64,000 nucleotides of DNA from Mobula hypostoma (lineage: Eukaryota). Under the pieces are notes generated by a model that worked only from the letters and a program-made list of their open reading frames with translations, ran no database searches and was not told the origin of the DNA. The translations under genes were made by a program, and so were the position numbers. The stretch is taken from positions 93,064,001-93,128,000 of the forward strand of contig NC_086107.1 of NCBI RefSeq assembly GCF_963921235.1. The letters are read 5' to 3'. The first letter of the stretch is position 1; each line of letters starts with the position of its first letter. Of this stretch, positions 26,706 to 38,262 are shown one piece after another.

Positions 26706-26925
26706 AAACACAAAATACCCTGCAGATGCTGGGATCAAAGCAACACTCACAACACGCTGGAGGAACTCAGCAGGTCGGGCAGCATCCGTGGAAACGATCA
26801 GTCAACGTTTCGGGCCGGAACGCTTCGTCAGGACTCTGATGAAGGGTTCCGGCCCGAAATGTTGACTCATCGTTTCCATGGATGCTGCCTGACCTGCTGA
26901 GTTCCTCCAGCATGTTGTGATTGTT
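26706..26925. mobile_element. Penelope-derived inverted-repeat element with hammerhead cores on both strands
   Basis: Plus strand CTGATGA(26836)-agggttccggccc-GAAA(26856)-tgtt. Minus strand CTGACGA(26831-26825)-agcgttccggccc-GAAA-cgtt. Arms are near-perfect inverted repeats. Confidence 0.85.
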
Positions 26926-26985
26926 GCTCTGTCTCTCTCTCTTTCTATCTATCTCTGTCTCTCCCCCCCTCTCTCTCTCTCTCTC

Positions 26986-27025
<40 letters not shown>
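26926..27025. repeat. (CT)n microsatellite
   Basis: Directly visible. Confidence 0.95.
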
Positions 27026-27028
<3 letters not shown>

Positions 27029-27034
27029 CTCGCA

Positions 27035-27548
27035 GTGGTTGTAAACCCAGCCGGCTCCATCATGGACACTAGCCTCACCACAATCGAAGGATCTTCAAAA
27101 GGTGCTGCTCTTCATTAGGGATCCCCACGACCCAGGACGTACTCTCTTCTCATTATTGCCATCAGAGAGGAGGTAAGGGAACTCGAAGACACACATTTAG
27201 TGTTTTAGAGACAACTTCTTCCACTCTGCCATGAGATTTATGAATAGACAATGAACCGGTAAACAGTCCATCACTATTTATGCTCTCTTTTTGCCCTACT
27301 TACTTTTTTTAAAGCAACACACACAAAATGCTGGAAGAACTCAGCAGGTCAGGCAGCATCTATGGAGGAGAATAAACAGCTGATGTTTTGGGCCGAGACC
27401 CTTTATCAGGACTGGCGTGTTGCTATTTTTTAATATATTTCTTATTGTAACTTAGAGTATTCTTAATGCGTTGCACTGTACATCTGCTGCAAAACAATAA
27501 ATTTCATGACATACAGTATGTCAGCAATCACAAACTTGATTCTGATTT
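27035..27548 (+). mobile_element. Rex1-type 3' fragment interrupted by a hammerhead-type mini-element (27312-27415)
   Basis: Degenerate LLPSxRR..FRDNFFHSAMR and tail gattctgatt. The internal copy reads tgctggaagaactcagcagg...ccctttatcaggac. Confidence 0.65.
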
Positions 27549-27952
27549 TCTGTCTCTCTATCTTGTTGCCAAAATTTCCCTCACTCAATAGTTAGTTTTG
27601 GTCTGTTACTATCTATTTGCTGGTCCTGGTGAGTGAGCTCCTAGTCAGACGCATTTAAAAAGCATTATGACCCTGTCTGTGTATGTCCCTTCAGTGTCGT
27701 CGAATTCTTCAGTATTATATTTGATACGGCTGACCTTTGATGCGGCAAATCTTTGAGATGTTAACTAACGATTTCCAAACAGCTAAATCTGTGCCACAAC
27801 TTAATCTGTACCTTCAGGCTGACTTGAACCCATTGCAGGTTGCTTAAGAAGGCGGGTATACCCTGGGACTTTTTTCTTAGAGATACAGTGCAGAACACGG
27901 CCTTTGACCCCAACAAGCCACACCACTCAGCATCCCACCAATTAACGCCAGC

Positions 27953-28383
27953 CTTTATACTTTATACTTTATAGTCGCCAGACAATTGATGCTGGAGCGT
28001 ACAATCATCACAGCGATATTTGATTCTGCTCTTCGTGCTCCCTGGAGTACATATCGATAGTAAATATTAAAAATTTTAATTATAAATCATAAATAGAAAA
28101 TAGAAAAGGGAAAGTAAGGTAGTGCAAAAAAAACTGAGAGGCAGGTCTGGATATTTGGAGGGTATAGCCCAGATCCGGGTCAGGATCTGTTCAGCAGTCT
28201 TATCACATTTGGAAAGAAGCTGTTCCCAAATCCAGCCATACGAGTCTTTAAGCTCCTGAGCCTTCTCCTGGAGGGAAGAGGGATGAAAAGTGTGTTAGCT
28301 GGGTGGGTCGTGTCCTTGATTATCCTGGCAGCGCTGCTCCAACAGCGTGTGGTGTAAAGTGAGTCCAAGGATGATAGATTGGT
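27953..28383 (-). mobile_element. Rex1/Babar 3' fragment inserted in a SINE (27870-27950 and 28385-28560)
   Basis: ORF 28180-28386 (RIIKDTTHP..LPSRRRLRS..FGNSFFPNVIRLLN); tail (tttatac)n on the plus strand. Confidence 0.8.
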
Positions 28384-28689
28384 CACTGGACAATTTACAA
28401 CTAACCTGTTGTAACCTGTATGTCTTTGGACTGTGGGAAGAAACCTACACGGTCACGGGGAGAGCGTGCAGTCTCCGTTCAGCCGGCACCAGAATTGAAC
28501 TCGGAACTGCAGAACATGCCGAGCTACGTACGTTAGCATCACACTAACTGCTGCACTACCTTGGCTCTCATGGTATCCCTTGGATGAGTTAGGAAGGAGG
28601 ACTTTGAGAGGCAAGGAGATGATTCTGGCTACTACCCTTGTTTCACTAGGACAAGCAAGCAATGTTTGCTTATAATACTTTTGATTGCA

Positions 28690-29375
28690 CCCTCAACTAG
28701 GGGACATAGCCTCAAGATTCGGGGGAGTAGACTTAGGATGGTGATGAAGAGGAACTGCTTTTCCCAAAGAGTGGAGAATCTGTGTAATTCTCTGCCAAAT
28801 GAAGCAATGGAGGCTACCTCAGTAAATATATTTAAGACAAGGTTGGACAGATTTTTGCATAATAGGGGAATTAACATAGAAACATAGAAAACATACAGCG
28901 CAATACATGCCCTTTGGCCCACAAAGCTGTGCAGAACATGTCCCTACCTTAGAACTACCTAGGCTTTATCCATAGTCCTCTATTTTCCTAAGCTCCATGT
29001 AGCCATCTAGGAGTCTCTTAAAAGACCCCATTGTTTCTGCCACCACCACCACCACCGGCAGCCCATTCCATGTACTTACCACTCTCTGCATAAAAAACTT
29101 ATCCCTGACATCTCCTCTGTACCTACATCCATGCACCTTAAAACTATGCCCTCTCATGCTAGCCATTTCAGCCCTGGGGAAAAGCCTCTGACTATCCACA
29201 CGATCAATGCCTCTCGTTATCTTGTTATGGATTACGGGGATAAGACAAGTAGGTTTTGACAGCTTTGAGGTGAGTACATGGCCAGATCAGCGATGAACTT
29301 ATTGAGCGGCGGAGCAGGCTCAATGGGCCAGATGGCCGACTCCTGCTTCTATGTCTTATGTTGTTATGTTCTTAC
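28690..29375. mobile_element. Plus-strand CR1 3' end interrupted by a minus-strand CR1 3' end (28875-29225)
   Basis: ORFs TRGHSLKIRG..FSQRVENL (+) and RGHSFKV..FFMQRVV (-); both 3' tails present. Confidence 0.85.
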
Positions 29376-29451
29376 ATTCACCTGCAAACCCTCAACAGCC
29401 TGAATCACCTGTAGCTCATTTGATAGTGGGCTTGATGTTGAGTTAAGTGGT

Positions 29452-30115
29452 CAAAATCAAAGTCAAAGTAAAATTTATCAAAGTACATATATGTTACCAT
29501 ATACTACCTTGAGATTTATTTCCTTGCAGGAATTTAAGGGAAAATAAAGAAATACAAGAGAATTTATGAAAAACTAAACATATAAAACGATTGACTAACA
29601 ACCAATCTGCAAAAGGAGGCAAATTGTGCAAACAAAAAAAGAATACTGAGAACATGAATTGTTAGAAGACATTGAACGTGAGACTGTAGGTTAGGTTGTT
29701 TTGAGCTGGGGTATGTGAAGTTCTGCAGCCTGATGGTTGTAGGGTAATAATTGTTCCTGAACCTGGTGGTGTGGGGCCCAAGGCTACTGTACCTCCAGCC
29801 CGATGGCAGCAGTGAGAAGAGAGCCTGGGTGATGGGGATTGTTGATAAGGCCTGCTGCTTTCTTGTGACAGTGGACCTTGTAAATGTGCTCAGTGGTGGT
29901 GAGGACTTTGCCTGTGATGGACTGGGCTGCAACCATCAATTGCTATAGCCTTTTCCATTTCTGGGTATTGGCGCTTCCATACCAGACCATGATGCAACCA
30001 GTCAGGGTACTCTCCACTGTGCATCTATAGAAGCTACTCAAAGTTTTTGGTGACATGGCAAATCTATGCAAACTTCTAAGAAAGTAAAGGTGCATTCTTT
30101 GTGATGACACTTAAG
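29452..30115 (-). mobile_element. Rex1-type 3' fragment
   Basis: ORF 29564-29932 (LFSLLPSGWRYSSL..TTRFRNNYYPTTIRL); tail caaagtcaaagt on the plus strand. Confidence 0.75.
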
Positions 30116-30397
30116 TTCTTCATGCAAAACCTTTCCAAAGACTAGGACCCAAAATTAAGATGACTGCCCATTAATAAGGGAGCAGCTCACTCATGAAGAC
30201 TCTGCCTTCTCAGAAGTCAAACCAGGCTCTCTTGGGTGTCTATAAAATACTCAGGGAAAAAAGACACTACAAGCTGTTTCTAACACCTTGCCCAATATTT
30301 ATTTTAGAAGAGTGAAAACTGCTTCTCATTTTCTCATTGCTGCTTGTGGGACTTTGCTGAATGTTTTGAGTATTATTTATCTATCTGTCTACCTATC

Positions 30398-31238
30398 TTA
30401 TTATTATTACTATTAACAAAATCTCAGCTCAAGCTGGTAAAACCTGAGGTACGGGCATAGCCAAGCACACTCATGTCTCAATTACTAGCAACTTTCAGAC
30501 TATTCTAGGGGCGTTTAGTATTGTGGCTTTCTGAAGATTTACATAGAAATTACTGTGTATCCCTAATTGTTTAATGCTATTGTGTAGTGTCTTTAGGATG
30601 ACACCAGTTTAGATATAACTATTGGGACAATGTATACCCTGTTCATGTTCCAAAGTCTTTCAATTTCCTCTTTTAATTTAGCATATTTCTGGTGCTTTTC
30701 ACTTATTGATTTCTGTAAGTTATGTGTGTTTGGAATGGCTATATCTATTAAGTAAGTTGTTCATGCTTGTTTATCCTGTATTATTATATCCAGGCAGTTA
30801 TTATGGATTGTCCTATCTGTAATAATGGATCAGTCGTAATATAATTTGCAGTATTCTGACTCTAAAACTGAATCAGGTTGTACTCATAGTAAGGTATGGT
30901 TTCTTTTTATAAATTTGTATTTTAAAGCAAGCTTTTGGCGAATGCTGTTTACCTCTTGATTGTGCCTGTGTGAGTAAGCAGATTGAGTTAAACTGCTACA
31001 GGATTCTGTAATGTTTTGGATTGTTTCTAGTTTTCCTTGACATTTTCTGCATTTATCATCTTGAATTTGTTGGTCCTTTATTAAGTTTTTTTTTGATAAT
31101 TTTTTTTTTCTGTTAACCACTTGGACCTGTATTGCCACAAGAAACCCTTCTGTTTCTGGGAAGATGTCTCCAACTCTGAGTCAAGTGTTTGCTGCTTCCT
31201 TGTCGACATCTAGTCTGTTCTGATCACAGTGATGTCTT
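30398..31238 (-). mobile_element. R4/Dong-clade non-LTR retrotransposon 3' part (CCHC finger and restriction-like endonuclease)
   Basis: DDKCRKC..ETIQNIT..C..HRHNQ, then YYD*SIITDRTIHNNCLDIII..YLIDIAIP..EKHQKY..LKEEIERLW..IVPIVIS; (TAA)n-like tail at 30398-30415. Confidence 0.85.
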
Positions 31239-31304
31239 CTATATAATAATAATGTTACTATAAATCATTTTTACTCAGCTCAAGCTGGTGAAACCTGAGG
31301 TACA

Positions 31305-33569
31305 ATCATAACACCATTAGTTTCAATTTGATCATGGACAAGGATAGATCTGGTCCTAGGGTTGAGGTTCTGAACTGGAAGAAGGCCAAATTTGAAGAAA
31401 TGAGAAAGGATCTAAAAAGCGTGGATTGGGACAGGTTGTTCTCTGGCAAAGATGTGATTGGTAGGTGGGAAGCCTTCAAAGGGGAAATTTTGAGAGTGCA
31501 GAGTTTGTATGTTCCTGTCAGGATTAAAGGCAAATTGAATAGGAATAAGGAACCTTGGTTCTCAAGGGATATTGCAACTCTGATAAAGAAGAAGAGGGAG
31601 TTGTATGAAATGTATAGGAGACAGGGGGTAAATCAGGTGCTTGAGGAGTATAAGAAGTGCAAGAAAATACCCAAGAAAGAAATCAGGAGGGCTAAAAGAA
31701 GACATGAGGTTGCCTTGGCAGTCAAAGTGAAGGATAACCCAAAGAACTTTTACAAGTATATTAAGAGCAGAAGGATTGTAAGGGATAAAATTGGTCCTCT
31801 TGAAGATCAGAGTGGTCGGCTTTGTGCGGAACCAAAGGAAATGGGGGAGATGTTAAATAGGTTTTTTGCATCTGTATTTACTAAGGAAGCTGGCATGAAA
31901 TCTATGGAATTGAGGGAATCAAGTAATGAGACCATGGAAACTGTACAGATTGAAAAGGAAGAGTTGCTTGCTGTCTTGAGGAAAATTAAAGTGGATAAAC
32001 CCCGGGACCTGACAGGGTGTTCCCTCGGACCTTGAAGGAGACTAGTGTTGAAATTGCCGGGGCCCTGGCAGAAATATTTAAAATGTCGCTGTCTACGGGT
32101 GAAGTGCCGGAGGATTGGAGAGTGGCTCATGTTGTTCCGTTGTTTAAAAAAGGATCGAAAAGTAATCCGGGAAATTATAGGCCGGTGAGTTTAACGTCAG
32201 TAGTAGGTAAGTTATTGGAGGGAGTACTAAGAGACAGAATCTACAAGCATTTGGATAGACAGGGGCTTATTAGGGAGAGTCAACATGGCTTTGTGCGTGG
32301 TAGGTCATGTTTGACCAATCTGTTGGAGTTTTTTGAGGAGGTTACCAGGAAAGTGGATGAAGGGAAGGCAGTGGATATTGTCTACATGGACTTCAGTAAG
32401 GCCTTTGACAAGGTCCTGCATGGGAGGTTAGTTAGGAAAATTCAGTCACTAGGTATACATGGAGAGGTGGTGAATTGGATTAGACATTGGCTCGATGGAA
32501 GAAGCCAGAGAGTGGTGGTAGAGAATTGCTTCTCTGAATGGAGGCCTGTGACTAGTGATGTGCCACAGGGATCAGTGCTGGGTCCATTGTTATTTGTCAT
32601 CTATATCAATGATCTGGATGATAATGTGGTAAATTGGATCAGCAAGTTTGCTGATGATACAAAGATTGGAGGTGTAGTAGACAGTGAGGAAGGTTTTCAG
32701 AGCCTGCAGAGGGACTTGGACCATCTGGAAAAATGGGCTGAAAAATGGCAGATGGAGTTTAATACTGACAAGTGTGAGGTATTGCACGTTGGAAGGACAA
32801 ACCAAGGTAGAACATACAGGGTTAATGGTAAGGCACTGAGGAGTGCAGTGGAACAGAGGGATCTGGGAATACAGATACAAAATTCCCTAAAAGTGTTGTC
32901 ACAGGTAGATAGGGTCGTAAAGAGAGCTTTTGGTACATTGGCCTTTATTAATCGAAGTATTGAGTATAAGAGCTGGAATGTTATGATGAGGTTGTATAAG
33001 GCATTGATGAGGCTGAATCTGGAGTATTGTGTTCAGTTTTGGTCACCAAATTACAGGAAGGATATAAATAAGGTTGAAAGAGTGCAGAGAAGGTTTACAA
33101 GGATGTTGCTGGGACTTGAGAAACTCAGTTACAGAGAAAGGTTGAATAGGTTAGGACTTTATTCCCTGGAGCGTAGAAGAATGAGGGGAGATTTGATAGA
33201 GGTATATAAAATGATGATGGGTCTAGATAGAGTGAATGCAAGCAGGCTTTTTCCACTGAGGCAAGGGGAGAAAAAAACCAGAGGACATGGGTTAAGGGTG
33301 AGGGGGGAAAAGTTTAAAGGGAACATTAGGGGGGGCTTCTTCACACAGAGAGTGGTGGGAGTATGGAATGAGCTGCCAGACGAGGTGGTAAATGCAGGTT
33401 CTTTTTTAACATTTAAGAATAAATTAGACAGATACATGGATGGGAGGTGTATGGAGGGATATGGTCCGTGTGCAGGTCAGTGGGACTAGGCAGAAAATGG
33501 TTCGGCACAGCCAAGAAGGGCCAAAGGGCCTGTTTCTGTGCTGTAGTTTCTATGGTTCTATGGTTCTAT
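31305..33569 (+). mobile_element. Young 5'-truncated CR1 LINE with 6-bp TSD
   Basis: TSD ggtaca at 31299 and 33570; tail (ctatggtt)n. ORF2 is open over 31328-32035 and 32017-33489 with a single frameshift. Confidence 0.95.
32017..33489 (+). CDS. CR1 ORF2 reverse transcriptase domain and C-terminus (490 aa open stretch, not a full ORF2)
   Basis: [59 protein letters not shown]. Confidence 0.85.
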   Translation: MFPRTLKETSVEIAGALAEIFKMSLSTGEVPEDWRVAHVVPLFKKGSKSNPGNYRPVSLTSVVGKLLEGVLRDRIYKHLDRQGLIRESQHGFVRGRSCLTNLLEFFEEVTRKVDEGKAVDIVYMDFSKAFDKVLHGRLVRKIQSLGIHGEVVNWIRHWLDGRSQRVVVENCFSEWRPVTSDVPQGSVLGPLLFVIYINDLDDNVVNWISKFADDTKIGGVVDSEEGFQSLQRDLDHLEKWAEKWQMEFNTDKCEVLHVGRTNQGRTYRVNGKALRSAVEQRDLGIQIQNSLKVLSQVDRVVKRAFGTLAFINRSIEYKSWNVMMRLYKALMRLNLEYCVQFWSPNYRKDINKVERVQRRFTRMLLGLEKLSYRERLNRLGLYSLERRRMRGDLIEVYKMMMGLDRVNASRLFPLRQGEKKTRGHGLRVRGEKFKGNIRGGFFTQRVVGVWNELPDEVVNAGSFLTFKNKLDRYMDGRCMEGYGPCAGQWD

Positions 33570-33911
33570 GGTACAGGCATAGCCAAGCTCACTCATTTCT
33601 CAATTGCTAGGAACTTTCGGACTATTCTAATGGTGTTTAGTATTGTGGCTTTTTGGAGATTTACATAAATATTGCTGTGTAGGCCTAATTGTTTATTTGC
33701 ACAGTTTATCTTGTTTTGTACATTGGTTGTTCATCAGTCTTTGCTTGTTTTTCATTAATTCTGTTGTATTTCTTTATTCTACTGTGAATGCGTACAAGAA
33801 AATGAATCCCAAGGTAGCATACGGTGACATATACATATTTTGATAATAAATTTACTTTGAATTTTACCAGCCTCTCACACCCTCCTCTACATTATGATAG
33901 ACACTTCATTT

Positions 33912-34006
33912 CAAAGCAACACACACAAAATGCAGGAGGAAATCAGCAGGCCAGGCAGCATCGATGGAAAAGACTAAACAGTCGAGGTTTCAGGCCGGGA
34001 CCCTCT
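33912..34006 (-). mobile_element. Penelope-derived mini-element fragment
   Basis: Family motif cacaaaatgcaggaggaaatcagcaggccaggcagcatc...cagtcgaggtttcaggcc. Confidence 0.65.
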
Positions 34007-34939
34007 CTCACTACACTTCAAAAGCATCTTAGGTCATCTTGAAAATTGTTATAAAGGTGCAAGTTTGATTTTTGCTTTCTTTTCTAAAATTGGTGCTGTT
34101 TGTGCCAATTTCCTTACTGTAGATCGTCAAATGTTGATCTGTAAATGTTAGTAAGGCAGGATAAAGAAATTGGATATATAATATGAAGACTTGTTCATAC
34201 GATACAGAGATCCCCAGATGATGGTTTCAGTAGAGGTCCATCTTCCTCACATACGTAGATTGTCTGGCCAAATGGCACACAGGTTATCAGAAAACAATCT
34301 GAGACTACTGGAGGCCAATGAAGGAAAATGGCAGTCAACAAATTTTGACTCAAAGATGCTAAATCAAACTATTTTCTGAATCATTAAGGAAAATGTGCGA
34401 TTTAGTGGTCATGTCCTCTAATCTCTAGAAGTTATGGGTTAGGACAGCTGTAAAAATAATTAAAAAGACTAACAAGTTGGTGGTCGTCATCTGAAGCAGG
34501 CTTTAGTATAAGGAATTAAGAGGTGTGTCACTGCCAGCTTAGAATAGCTGTGTTCATTTCTAGGAATTGCTAACAGCAGGGGTAAATTGTTCAATGAAGG
34601 GGCACCGCGCAGCATTATACCAGGACTGACAGGGTTAAAGATATCTTAGCTGGAAATGAAAGAATATCAAACTGCTTGAAGATCCCGTATTTGTGTAGCC
34701 AATGCAAACAGAATTGCCAGGGAAAGTGAAGTCACATCTGCTCTGCTTTAGATAGTCCTTTATTAAGTGATACAATTTAATTGTTGCTAATGTGAGACAG
34801 AAAATTAACCATCGTAACTGTGGAGGCTTGTTGACAATTTCAAACTATATTCTTTTCAGTATGTCCTTTCCTCCTCTTAATAGATCCCTTTTGTCTCTGA
34901 CCTGACAATGGATTCTCGTTCTCTAATTGATGATTAGAC

Positions 34940-35530
34940 CATAAGATCATCAAGTACAGAAGGACCAGGCAATTCGGCTCATCGACTCTACTCTGCCATT
35001 CAATCATGGCTGATTTTTTCATCCCCATTCTGCTGTCTTCTCCCTGGAACCCTTAACCCCATTACCAAACAGGAATCTCTGCTTTAAATGCATCCATTGC
35101 CCTTCGTGGCAATGAATTCCAAAGATTCACCACCCTTCAGGAGTCTGAGGATCCAGACTCAATGTTTTAGGAACAGCACCTTCCCCTCTGCCATCGAATT
35201 TCTGAACGGTCCATGAACCCGTGAACACTACCTCACTATTCTACTCTCTTTTTGCACTGTTTATTTATTTTATATACTTCTAATTGTAACTTACTGTATT
35301 TTTTATGCATGGCACTGCACTGCTGCTACAAAACAACAAATCTCACTCTCACGACCTATGTCAGCGATGATAAACCCCATTTTGATTCTGCTTCTGATCC
35401 TCTGGTTGAGGAGAATTCCTCCTCCTCTCAGTTTTAAAAGGACATCCCTTTATTCTGAAGCTGTGCCCTCTGGTCCTAGAATCTTAGCAATGGCAATATC
35501 ATGATCATGTCGACTCTGTACAGGTCATTC
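34940..35530. mobile_element. Minus-strand CR1 3' end interrupted by a plus-strand Rex1 3' end (~35140-35395)
   Basis: CR1 tail cataagatcat and tattctgaagctgtgccctctggtcctaga; Rex1 tail gattctgcttctga. Confidence 0.7.
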
Positions 35531-35794
35531 GGATCCTCCTCAGTCCTCTTTCTTTTATTTCCCTGTGTTTGAATGGTTAAGGAGACACTGTGGTGCTTCC
35601 TGCTCCTTTGCTCCTGAGGTACCCGATTCCCTCTCACTGCACCCCGACCAACTTCAGCCTCCAGCACCCTGCAAACAGTTTACTCCCAGGATGTGAACAT
35701 TGCCGGTAATGCCATTTCTGTTGACCCAGGAATTGACTTTAGGGAGCTCAGGCCACAGGTCAACCAGACTGAGTAAGAATAACCAATGCACCTT

Positions 35795-35938
35795 GAACCC
35801 TGACGAAGGGTTTCGGCCCGAAACGTCGACTGTATCTATTCTTATAGAAGCTACCTGGCCTGCTGCACTCACCAGCAACCTTGATGTGTGTTGCTTGAAT
35901 TTCCAGCATCTGCAGAATTCCTCATGTTTGCGTTTTTA
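35795..35938 (+). mobile_element. Penelope-derived mini-element with intact hammerhead core and 10-bp TSD
   Basis: CTGACGA(35800)-agggtttcggccc-GAAA-cGTC-gactg; TSD aatgcacctt at 35785 and 35939. Confidence 0.85.
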
Positions 35939-35952
35939 AATGCACCTTCCTA

Positions 35953-36258
35953 GTTGTGGGCACGTGGCCAAGTGGTTAAGGCATTGGACTAGCGACCTGA
36001 AGGTCATGAGTTTGAGCCCCAGCCGAGGGAACGTGTTGTGTCCTTGAGCAAGGCACTTAATCACACATTGCTCTGCGATGACACCGGTGCCAAGCTGTAT
36101 GGGTCCTAATGCCCTTCCCTTGGACAACATCGGTGTCGTGGAGAGGGGAGACTTGCAGCACGGGCAACTGCTGGTCTTCCATACAACCTTGCGCAGGCCT
36201 GTGCCCTGGAGAGTGAAGGCTTTCCAGGCGCAGATCCATGGTCTCGCAAGAGTAACGG
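35953..36258 (+). mobile_element. Full-length tRNA-derived SINE with 13-bp TSD
   Basis: A box tggccaagtgg and B-box-like gagtttgagcc; TSD atgcaccttccta at 35940 and 36259. Confidence 0.9.
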
Positions 36259-36929
36259 ATGCACCTTCCTAAAGGATATGAGTGAACTGGGCACATTTTT
36301 ATACCTAACTAGTAGTTTAGTTTAATCCAACAAATTTTTAGATTAACTTTTCTCAACTTTCAAATTTTTTTGTTATTATGTACTTTTTTGGCAATGTGTG
36401 TGTTAACGCCCAGCACCTCTGAGGATGTGTTGGGGGCAGTCAGCAAGCAAAGCCGAATATTCTGATGCCATCACAGCATGGCGACATATTTTTTAAAACT
36501 ATATTTCCTTTTCAAGTTTCCTGGCCACCATGGTTGGGACTTGAACTCATGTTTCCAGATTGAAGTCCAAGCTGTTGGCTCGCAGGACAGGAGCTTAACT
36601 GGCATGCTACCATAACTAGTAAATCTAGTTCATGACAGATCCCATTGGATGTTACATCATTTTAGCCAATGTTGTCTTTAAGGAAGTCATCAACAATCAT
36701 AGTTCTTTCATTTCGGAACCCTGAAAGAACTTCAAGTTAGGAACCTCTTTATCTTGAATCTTAAAATGCCTACAGCTGGAATTTGTGGTGATCATATGGT
36801 TCCTTTGCATAACAGGATAGCTGACTAAAGAAGCTAATCTATATACATATGAAATAGCAGGCATAATAATCCTTGTTTCACTCTTTCAAGTATTAGATAA
36901 TTTTAAATTTTGGAACAATACAAAATGGT

Positions 36930-37120
36930 CTCACCTATCACTTGCCAGCTTCTTCTCCTTCCTCACCCACCACCTTATTATTTTGGCTTCTTCCCTCTTG
37001 CCTTCCAGAACGGTCTTGGCTCAAAATATTGACTGTTTACCCCCGCCCATAGATGCTGCCTGACCTGCTGAGCTCCACCAGAATTTTGTGTGTGTGTGTT
37101 GCTCTGGATTTCCAGCATTG
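36930..37120 (+). mobile_element. Penelope-derived mini-element, degenerate
   Basis: gactgttt..catagatgctgcctgacctgctgagctccaccagaattttgtgtg..ctggatttccagca. Confidence 0.65.
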
Positions 37121-37179
37121 TATTTGTGGAAGTCGATGCTTAATTCCAATGTTAAAGTTCCCCGATGGGTTTTTAACTC

Positions 37180-37556
37180 CTCATAAGACAAGAAGACAAA
37201 AGAACAGAATTAGGCTATTTGGCCCATTGAGTCTGCTCTGCCATTTCATCATGGCTGATTTATTATTCCTCTCAACCCCATTCATCATCCTTCCCCTTTC
37301 TAACCAAGAACCTATCAACCTCTGATTTAAATATAGCCATTAACTTGGCCTCCACAGCTATCTGTGGCAATGAATTTCATAGATTCCTGGCCCCTGGCTA
37401 AAGAAATAACTCTTCCTCTCAGTTCTAAAGGATGACCTTGTATTCTGAGGCTGTGCCCTCTGGTCCTAGACTCCCCTACTATAGGAAACATCCTCTCCAT
37501 GTCCACTCTATCTAGGGGTTTCAATATTCGACAGGTTTCAATGAGATCAACCTGCA
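37180..37556 (-). mobile_element. CR1 3' fragment
   Basis: ORF DLIETCRIL..ESRTRGHSLRI plus 3' UTR. Related plus-strand copies at 39385-39825, 43060-43450 and 48320-48735. Confidence 0.85.
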
Positions 37557-38262
37557 CGTGGTCTATATGACGTTACCTGTCATTGTTGTGCTCGCTGCAA
37601 TAAGTTCGCTCCCAGCCTACAGGCATTTTAATTGCAGATCTTTTAATCAGGTTTTAAATACTCACCCCACCATACTCCACATGGTCTGGACCTTTATATA
37701 TGGCCTGGTCACCACGGTAGCAGAGCAATGCTATTACAGTTCAGAGTTGAGAGTTCAATCCCGGCATCGTCTGTAAGGCACTTATACATCTTCCCTGTGG
37801 AATCTATGGGTTTTCTCCAGATGCCCTGGTTTCGTCCTACAGTCCAAAGATGTACCAGTTAGCAGGTTAGTTGGTCACTGTAAGTTGTCCTGAGATTAAG
37901 TTAGGCTGTCGGGGGTTGCTGGGCAGCACAGCTCAAAGAATTTGAAGAACCTATTCCACGTTGTACCTCTAAGCAAATAAATATGTAGAGATTATGTAGC
38001 CTTGAAACATATCTCTGCCCATATCCAATTCTTCATTTGCCACTGTATCGCCAACTGTTTAGGCCTCAACTTCAAGAATTTTGATCAATCTTTATACTCA
38101 CCTTATAATCTTGCTTGGTAATGCTCCATGGAGTATCTTTAGGATGTCTTATGATGCTTAGGGTAATCTATTAGTTAAGTTGTTGTTATGTTATGTTTTG
38201 CAGACCTCTACATGTTTTCTGTTTAGCTTCTGTCTTTGCTGTATCAGTAAAACATCTTTATA

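Larger units (their letters stand above)
31240..33695 (-). mobile_element. Second R4/Dong 3' end (31240-31304 and 33570-33695) split by a CR1
   Basis: ctcagctcaagctggtgaaacctgaggtaca and ggcatagccaagctcactcat... duplicate 30423-30575. Confidence 0.85.

Noticed and set aside
35953..36025. tRNA gene
   Set aside because: The tRNA-like head continues into a ~230-bp body and is flanked by a TSD, so it is a SINE.
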